NCBI GenBank assembly: GCA_038209745.1
Contig: JBBQXJ010000061.1
Coordinates: forward strand, 1 to 29,063
Source: Verrucomicrobiota bacterium
GTDB taxonomy: Bacteria > Verrucomicrobiota > Verrucomicrobiia > Limisphaerales > CANJSG01
Length of the DNA: 29,063 nt
Reading direction: 5' to 3'
In this document: piece after piece, positions 19,101 to 28,100 of the stretch
Layout of the letters: each line of letters starts with the position of its first letter
Numbering within the stretch: the stretch's first letter is position 1
Notes under the pieces: generated by a model
Told to the model about the DNA's origin: nothing
The model's database searches: none
Seen by the model: only the letters and a program-made list of their open reading frames with translations
Program-made: the position numbers and the translations under genes

Positions 19101-22100
19101 GTGCCTACGCCTTCCGCCTCCTGACCACGGCGTCGGTTTCGGCCATCGCCATCGACACGGCTGTGACCAACACCTCTTCGCCGAGCCAGTTGACCCGCCT
19201 GTTCTCCATGAACGGCACCGCGGGCCAGCCTCTCTATTTCGACGGCATTGGCATTCTCTCGGGCGGCGGTGGCACCCCGGTGGCCAAGCTCTACGCGCCG
19301 GATGGCACCGTCCTGCTCAACCGTCCCGCCTCCAGCGACCAGGACACCTTCATCCTGCCTGTCACCGGGACCTACACCGTCGATCTGGAGGGAACCTTCT
19401 ACAGCCAGGTGGCCACGCAGACGACCGCTTTTGCTTTCTGGTCCAATCCGGTCAAGTCGCCCCAGCCGATCTTCCAGACCAATTCGTCTCCCGACCTGAT
19501 CGTGACCGGCATCGGCGTTGCGCCGGCCAGCGTCCTGTCGGGGCAGGGGATCATCGTGGGCTGGACGGATCAGAACTCCGGCGGTGCAGCGACCGCCAGT
19601 TCCTTCACCGACCGCGTCACCGTCCGCAACACCGGCACCGGCCAGATCCTCGTGAATTCGACCTTGCTCTACGACGCGAGCCTCGGGTCCAACGGCCCGA
19701 TCCTGCCGGGCGGCTCCCGCGTCCGCCAATTGGCGGTCGTGCTTCCGGACGGGGCTGCGGCAGTCGGAACGCTGGAAGCCACGGTGAACACCGACACCGC
19801 CAACAACATCCCTGAGCAAAACGCGGGAGGCAGCGGCGAGGCGAACAACTCCGCCTCCACCACCTTCACCTCCACCTTGGCGCCGTATCCCGACATCCGG
19901 GTCGCCGCGATCTCCGTCTCTCCCGCGGCCGGCTGGCTCCCCGGCGGCACGATCAACATCGCCTGGGCCGTGACGAACACCGGCAGCCGCTTCACCAGCA
20001 ATTCGTGGTCGGACCGCGTGATCCTGCGCAACCTCACCACGGCCCAGACGCTGTTCACCTCCAACGTCGTCTATGACTCGACGCTTCCGGCCAATGGAAA
20101 TCTCGGACCCGCCGGCTTCCGCACCAACCTGCTCGCCGTCGTGCTGCCGAACAACGGACAGGCCTTCGGACAGTTCGAGATCTCCGTCGAGGCCGACGTC
20201 CTCAACTCGGTCTTCGAACTGGTTCCCGGCATCGACGCCGAGACGAACAACTTGACCGCCATCCAGACTCTCTCCGCGCCCGACCTCGTCATCGCCGGAT
20301 TGGTGGTGACCCCGGTGCCCGGACCCTTCTCCGGAGCGAGGCTCGATCTCTCGTGGCAGATCCAGAACAACGGAACCGCCATCGCCCAGAACGGCTTCTA
20401 CAACCGGGTCCGGGTCGTCAACACCACCACGTCGCAGGAGTTGGTCAACGTGACGCCCTACTACAACGCGGGGACGATCACCAACGGCACGTCGTCGTCG
20501 CAGACCCTCTCCGTCAACCTTCCGACCGGGCCGCAGTCGGCCGGCGCCCTCTCGATCACGGTGAGCGCCGACACCTTCAACAACCTCGCCGAAGCCAACG
20601 GGGCCGGTACCGCCGAATCCAACAACAATACGGGCATTCCGTTGAACACGACGCTCGACGTGTATCCGGATCTCCTGGTGAGCGCCCTCTCGGTCCAGCC
20701 CGTGTCGCTGGTCTCTGGCGCGAACATGATGATCCGGTGGACCCTCACGAACAGCGGCACCGGCCCGGTCGTCGGCAACTTCTACGACCGGGTGACGGTC
20801 GTGAACACGAACCTCGGCCTCACGCTGTTGAGCACCTACGTCTATTATTCCGGCGCGATCACCAACGGCACGTCGCTCGACCGCTCCTACAACTTCACCC
20901 TGCCGAACAACACCTCGGGCGCGGGCGGTCTCTTGGTTTCCGTGGTCGCCGACATCAACAACAACGTCTTCGAATACAATCCCGGCGGCACGGGCGAGGC
21001 CAACAACACGAACTCCATCGGCGCTTTCTCCGCGCTCACTCCGCTTCCGGAGCTCGCCGTCGTCTCGGTGACGGCCCCGGCCTCGGCCCGGCCGGGGGTT
21101 CCGTTCCCCGTCGTCTATGCGTTGACCAACAGCGGCGGCGTTGCCGCGGTCGGCCCTTGGAACGACAGCATCCTGCTCTCCTCCGACAACGTGGTCGGGT
21201 TCGACCAGTTGCTCGTCACCCGGCAGACCACCAACGGTGTTCCGGCCTTCAGTTCCCTCGTCGTGACCCAGATGGTGTCGTTCCCCGCCAACACCCCGGC
21301 CGGGCCGGTCTATCTGGTCGTGACCGCCGATTCCGGCGGCGCGCTGTCCGAAACGGACGAGTCGAACAACAGCCTCATCGATCCGGACCCCGTCGTCGTG
21401 TCGGGGTCTCTCGGCCTTTCGCTCGCCGTGTCGCAGATCGCCAAATCCGCGCCCAATCCCAACGTCTCGGCCACCGTCACCCGCAACGGGAACTCCACCG
21501 CCGCCTTGGTCGTCAATCTCTCCAGCTCCGCCCCGGCGAAGGCCTCCGTCCCACCGTCGGTCACCATTCCGGCGGGGCAGGCCAGCGCCACCTTCTTCGT
21601 GACCGCTCAGCAGGACACCCTCTTCGACGGCCCTCAGGTCGCCGTCATCACGGCGTCCGCCACCGGGTACGATCCGGCGACCAATACGCTAACGGTGCTC
21701 GACAGCAACCAGCGCCGCGTGACCATCACCATCGCTCCGACCAACGTCGTCGAAGGTGCTTCGGCGATCGCCACCATCACCCGCGATCCGGCGACCTCGA
21801 CGAACCTCGTCGTCCAGCTTCTCAGTTCGGACGCCAACCAGGTGTCCGTGCCCGCCACCGTCACCTTCTCCGGCGGCATGGCCTCCACCAATGTCATGAT
21901 CACTGCCGTCGATGACTCGCAGATCGAGCGGACCAACACCTACATCATCACCGCGTCCGCCACCGATTTCCTGCCTTCCTCGGCTTCGCTCACGGTCGAG
22001 GACAACGACATTCCCAATGTCACCCTCTCGTTGGCCAGCCACAGCATCAGCGAAGGCGCCGGCCCCAACGCCACCTCCGGCACCGTCACGCTTCCGGCGC

Positions 22101-25100
22101 CGCGCCCGATCAACATCGTGATCCTGCTCCAGAGCAGCTCGCCAGCCGACGCGAAGGTTCCCGCGTCCGTGACCATTCCGGCCGGTTCGATCAGCGCCAG
22201 CTTCCCCGTCTCCGCCGTGGACAACTCCATCGTGGACGGTTCTCGGCCGGTTTCGATCATCGGCTACGTGGCCGATTCGGTCTACGGACAGCCGCTGCGC
22301 GCCACGACCCCGGACGTGTTGCTTGTAACCGATGACGACGGTCCGACGCTGAAGGTCTTCATCGCCGACGATCTCGTGCCCGAGGGCAAGAACCCCGCCA
22401 CCACCGGCACCGTGACCCGCAACACCGAGACCAGCGCGGCCCTGGTGGTGAACCTGGCCTCCGACCGGACGGACAAGGCCACCGTGCCGGCCACCGTCAC
22501 CGTTCCGGCGGGAACGAACAGCGCGACCTTCCCCATCGTCAGCCTTGTGAACGGGATCACCGACGGCAACCAGAACGTCACCGTCTCCGCCACCGCGAAT
22601 GGCTTCACCACCGGTTCCGCCACCTTCGTCGTCAGCGACGTCGATCTTCCCGACATCGTGGTAAGCGACATCGCCGTGGCGACCAACGGCTACACCGGCC
22701 AGAACCTCACCGTGACCTTCACCCTGGGGAACAATGGCCTGCGCGGGATCAACACCAACATCACCCAGCGCGTCTTCATCTCGACCGACGCCCTCTTCGG
22801 CAACGACATCATTGCGGCCCAGCCCGTCTACACTGGCCCGCTCAACGTCGGCGATTCCATCCAGCAGCAGGCCACGGTGAAGATGCCCACCACGCCCGGC
22901 ACCTACTGGATCATTGTCCAGGCCGACGTGTTCAACACCGTCGCCGAGGCGTTGGAGAACAACAACACGCGCGTCGCCGCTACCCCCGTCACGATCGGTC
23001 CCGCCTATTCCGCGACGGTGGCGACGGACGTGACGGTCTCCCGGGCCAACATGCCCGTGCCGTTGACCGGCCACGCCATCTCGGCCGCTAACGGCCAGCC
23101 GGCCGGATTGGTGCCGGTCAACGTCGCCGTCGACGTCCGTGGAACCCGCCGCGTGCTCGCGGTCGTCACGGATGCCGCCGGTAATTTCCAGGTCAATTTC
23201 AACCCGTTGCCGAACGAGGCCGGCACCTACCGGATCGTCGCCAGCCATCCCGGCGTCTCGGCTCTCCCGGCGTGGCAGGACCAGTTCTCCATCCTCGGCT
23301 TCACCGTGGCCCCCATGTCGGTCGCCGACGTGATGCAGGGCGGGAGCAACACCGTCTTCACCACGATCAACAACCTGAGCGACCAGCCGCTCACCGGACT
23401 GGTGGCCGAGGTCTATACAAACCACGCGAGCATCCATGTCGATGCGGCCATCACGAACACCACCCTGGCCGGCAATTCGCAGACCGCCCTCCGGTTCGAC
23501 ATCCGCGCCGTCGATGCCTCGGCGGTGCAGAGCAGCGTCGGCGTCCGGATAACCTCCGCCGAGGGCGTGACGAACTACTTCGTCTTTTACGTCCACCAGT
23601 CGCTGCTCATGCCCGCCCTCTCGGCGCAGCCCGGGAGCCTCCAGACGTCGATGCTCCTCGCGCACCAGACGCCCGTCAGCTTCACCGTGACCAATGGCGG
23701 CGGCGTGGCCACGGGGCCGTTGGAGGTGCTGATCCCGTCCTTGCCCTGGTTGGCGTTGTCCTCCCCGGGTTCGCTGCCGCCGCTGGCTCCCGGGACCAAC
23801 ACCACGGTCACGCTGCTCCTCACGCCGCCGTCCGATCTGCCTCTGGGCGACTACACCGGAACGGTCGCGATCAACTCGACCAACGCGGCTCTCTCCGTCC
23901 AATACCGCTTCCGCACGATCTCGGATCAACTTGGTTCGTTGCGCGTGGTCGCCGAGGACGAATACACCTACTTCACCGCGAACAGCCCGCGTCTCAGCAA
24001 CGCCCTGGTCCGGGTGACGGACGCTCTCAGCGGCTTGCCCGTGGCCACGAACAGCACGGCGGCGGACGGATCGACCACGTTCTCCAACCTGGTTTCCGCC
24101 TACTACATCGTCGATGTCAGCGCCGACGCCCACAGCTCCTACCGGCAATCCGCGCTGGTCTCTCCCGGTGACATCACCAACATCGTCGCCTTCCTCCCGC
24201 GGCAGACCGTCAGCTACACCTTCACGGTCGTGCCCACCACGGTGCAGGACCACTACCAGTTCCAGGTGGAGAGCACCTTCGAGACCCAGGTCCCGATCCC
24301 CGTCGTCACCATCAGCCCGGCCTCGGTCGATCTGGGCCAATATCCCGGCACGGATTTTCAGATCGAATACACCATCGAGAACCACGGCCTGATCGCCGCG
24401 AACAACATCAGGTTCGTCATGCCGCAAGCGACGGAGTTTCAGATCGTCCCGCTCATCACGAACATCGGGACCCTCGGGGCCCAGCAGTCGATCACCATTC
24501 CGGCCACCGTCCATCGCGGTCCTCCGGTCGGACAAAACAATCTTCGGCAACAGACGGATTACATGAGCGGTGTTTGTTCCGTGACCGCGCAGATGTTGTG
24601 GAACTACCTTTGCGGCCCGAACGTGGTCGACAAGGAGACGGCGAGCTACGCCTTCGACTCGACCGGTTGCGATCTGCCCGCGCTCTACAACGCCGTCTAT
24701 ATGTTGGTGCCGGATGGAAGCGGCGCCGGCAGCGGCGGCGGCGGTGGACCTGCCCCGGTGATCCCGGCAGATGCCGGCTCCAACTTCGCGCCGCCGCCCG
24801 GCTTCAAGGGCATCTGCCGGCCCACGCCGCCCGCGAACATCATTCCGCCCCCGGGCCGCCCCGGCGTCGCCCAGTCGTCGCGGGACACCGTCAAGCAGAC
24901 GGCGGACGACAATGGCGTCTGCGCCCGCGTGAAGCTCTCGCTCAACCTGAACGCCGTCCTCACCCGCGACGCCTTCAACGCCACGCTGGAGCTGGACAAC
25001 GCCACCGCCAGCCCCCTCTCGCAGGTGCTCGTGACTCTCCAGATCCAGAGTTCCGACAGCACCAACGCCACCACGCTCTTCGACATCCGCTCTCCCCAGC

Positions 25101-28100
25101 TTCTGGGCCTGACCGGAGTGGACGGCAACGGCGGGTTGTCCGCGTTCACCACCGGAAGTTCCTCCTGGATTCTGGTTCCGACGCTCGACGCGGCCCCGAC
25201 CAATGGAGCCCGCCTCTTCCTCGTGGGCGGCACCATGAGCTATGTGCAGGACGGGACACAGGTCACGATTCCGCTGACCCCGGCGCCGATCCAAGTCTAT
25301 CCCCAGCCCGAGCTGATCGTCCGCTACTTCCACGACCGCGACGTGTTCTCCGACGATCCGTTCACGCCGCAGATCGAGCCCAGCATTCCCTATTCGCTCG
25401 CCGTGCAAGTGGCGAACGTGGGCTACGGCGACGCGAAGAACCTCACCCTCAGCGGCGGCAAGCCCCAGATCGTGGACAACCAGAAGGGACTGCTGATCGA
25501 CTTCCAGATCCTTGGTGCCCAGTTGGAGAACAAACCCATCTCACCGTTGCTCGACGTGGACCTGGGCTCCATCGCCGTCAACTCTAACAAGATCGCCCGC
25601 TGGCTCTTCACCTCCTCGCTCCAGGGCAGCTTTACGAACTATTCGGCCTCCTTCAAATACCTCGACGCCGTCGCCGGCAAGCGTCTCTCGCTGGTCCGCA
25701 GCACCGAGATCCATGAATTGACCCGGATCGTGAATGTGGACGGACCCTTTACCGACGGCCGGCCCGACTTGCTGGTCAATGACAAGGCCGACCCGCAGTT
25801 CCTGCCCGACACGCTCTATCTCTCGCAGGGGACGATCGTGCCCGTGGCCGCCGTCACCGAAGCCACTCTGGCAAATCCGATCTCGGCCGGCGTCCTCCAG
25901 ACCATGATCACCGCCACCATGCCGACGGGCTGGGTCTATCTCCGCATCGGCAATCCGGGCGGGACCAACTTCGTGCTCAAGCAAGTATTGCGCGGCGACG
26001 GCTCGGATCTGGGCGTCGGCACCAACGCCTGGACCACGGATCGTTTCTTCTTCGGTGGCGCCCTCCGGCCGATCAACACCAACCTCCTGCACCTGCTCGA
26101 CTACAACCCGGGCGGCACCTACACCCTGGTCTATTCGGCCGGAACGAACACGGCGGACATCACGCCGCCCACCACGGTGATGCGCCCGCTTCCGACGACC
26201 AGTCCGATCGACTTCTCGTTGAGCTGGAGCGCGACCGACGACCTCAGCGGCGTCGCCTTTTTCGACGTGTATGTGTCCACCAATGGCGGACCCTTCGGCC
26301 TTTGGTCGCCACGCATCGCCCAGCCCGGTGCCGTGTTCCATGGCGTCCCGGGCCAGACCTACGCGTTCTACGCCTTGGGCACCGATGCGGCGGGCAATGC
26401 GGAAGCGGCTCCCGCGAATCCCCAGGTCGCCACGGCCGTGACCACCGTCGCCAACCAGCCGCCTACGCTCGCGCCCATCTCCGACCGGTCCATCACCGAG
26501 GGCGGTCTCTTCGCGCTCACACCCAGCGCCTTTGATCCTGACGGTCTTTCACAGACTCTGACCTTCAGCCTGCTCAGCGGCACAGGGAACGGAGCCCTGA
26601 TCGATCCCGCCACCGGCACCATCACGTGGCAGACGACCGTCGCACACGGCGGCACCACGAACTTCTTCGCGCTGGTCGTGGCCGACAACGGCATGCCCAG
26701 CCTCTCCGCCACCCAGACCTTCCGGGTGGCCGTGTTGGAGGCGAACTCCGCTCCAGTGGTCGCTCCCTCTCGGTTGCTCATCGTGGACGAAGGCACCGCG
26801 CTCGGCGTGCTCCTCACGGCCATCGATTCCGACCTCCCGGCCCAGTCGTTTACGTGGCAGTTGCTCACCGGCGGCCCGGCCGGACTGGTCGTTGATCCAA
26901 CCGGTCTCCTCACCTGGACGCCCACCGAAAGCGACGGTCCCGGCACCAACTATCTGAAGATCCGCGTGACCGACAGCGGAGTGCCCGCGCTCTCCGCCAC
27001 CCAGGCCGTCACCATCGTGGTCAACGAGGTAAACCTCCCGCCCGTCGTCGCCCCCGTGGCGCCGAAAAACGCCAACGTGGGTACCCAGCTCAGCTTCACG
27101 GTCGTCGCCACGGATCCCGACATTCCGGCGAACCATCTCGCCTACAGCCTAGGCGCCGGCGCGCCACGCGGCGCCCGCATCGATCCGACGAACGGCGTCT
27201 TCACCTGGACGCCGACACCGGAATACGCCTCCACGACCGTGTCCATCACCGTCCGAGTCAGCGATGACGGCCTGCCGTCGCTCCTCGCCACCGCTGCCTT
27301 CGAAGTGAGGCTCGGCGATTTCATGGGCATCGAGATCGGTTCCGCCGTCGTGATCACGAATGAATTGGGTTCGCTCCCGATTCGCCTCACCGGCACCGCC
27401 CGCACCACGAACGCGACCGCCATCATCACGCTCGGTGCCCCCGTGTTGGCCTCCGCGACCGTGGCGGCAGTTCCGGGCGTCCTCCAAGGGGCCACGCTCA
27501 AGCCGCTCGGTGGGAACCGCTACGCGCTTGAGCTCGTGCCGGTGGCGGGCGGCATCGTCGGAAGCACCAATCCAGTGGCCCAGTTCCAGTTCACCACCGC
27601 GACCACCGGTTCCTCCGCCTTCGTGCCCGTGGTCGTCTCCGCCGTGACCGGCACCCGCAATACCGGTACGTCCGTCGATGCGACGGGCTCGGCCAACGGT
27701 CGCCTCGTCTTCATCAATCGGGAACCCCTCCTCGAGCTGCGGCGCGATCCATCCGACGCCGTCACCCTCTACGGCCGGCCGGGCACAGGCTACGAACTGC
27801 AGCGCGGCACCAATCTCCCGGGAGGGGACTGGCGCTGGATCGACCGCATCCCCCTGACCAACCGCTCCACCATGGTCTCCGTCACCGTCACCAACGGCAT
27901 CGGTTTCTACCGGGCGCAAGAGCTGGGCCAACCGCAGCCGTTGCTGGACCTGCTCGGATACGGCGCCTCCTCGATGAGCCTGATGGTCTACGGCGAAGCC
28001 GGCGCCAGCTACGACATCCAGACTTCGCCGCTGCTGGTCGGCGGCACCTGGACCACGCGCCAGACGGTCGCTCTGACCGTTGGCTACCTTGAAGCGACGT

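Noticed and set aside
21689..25408. 1239-aa antisense ORF and other long overlapping ORFs inside the giant gene
   Set aside because: Arg/Gly/Asp-rich mirror-frame translations expected in high-GC coding DNA.
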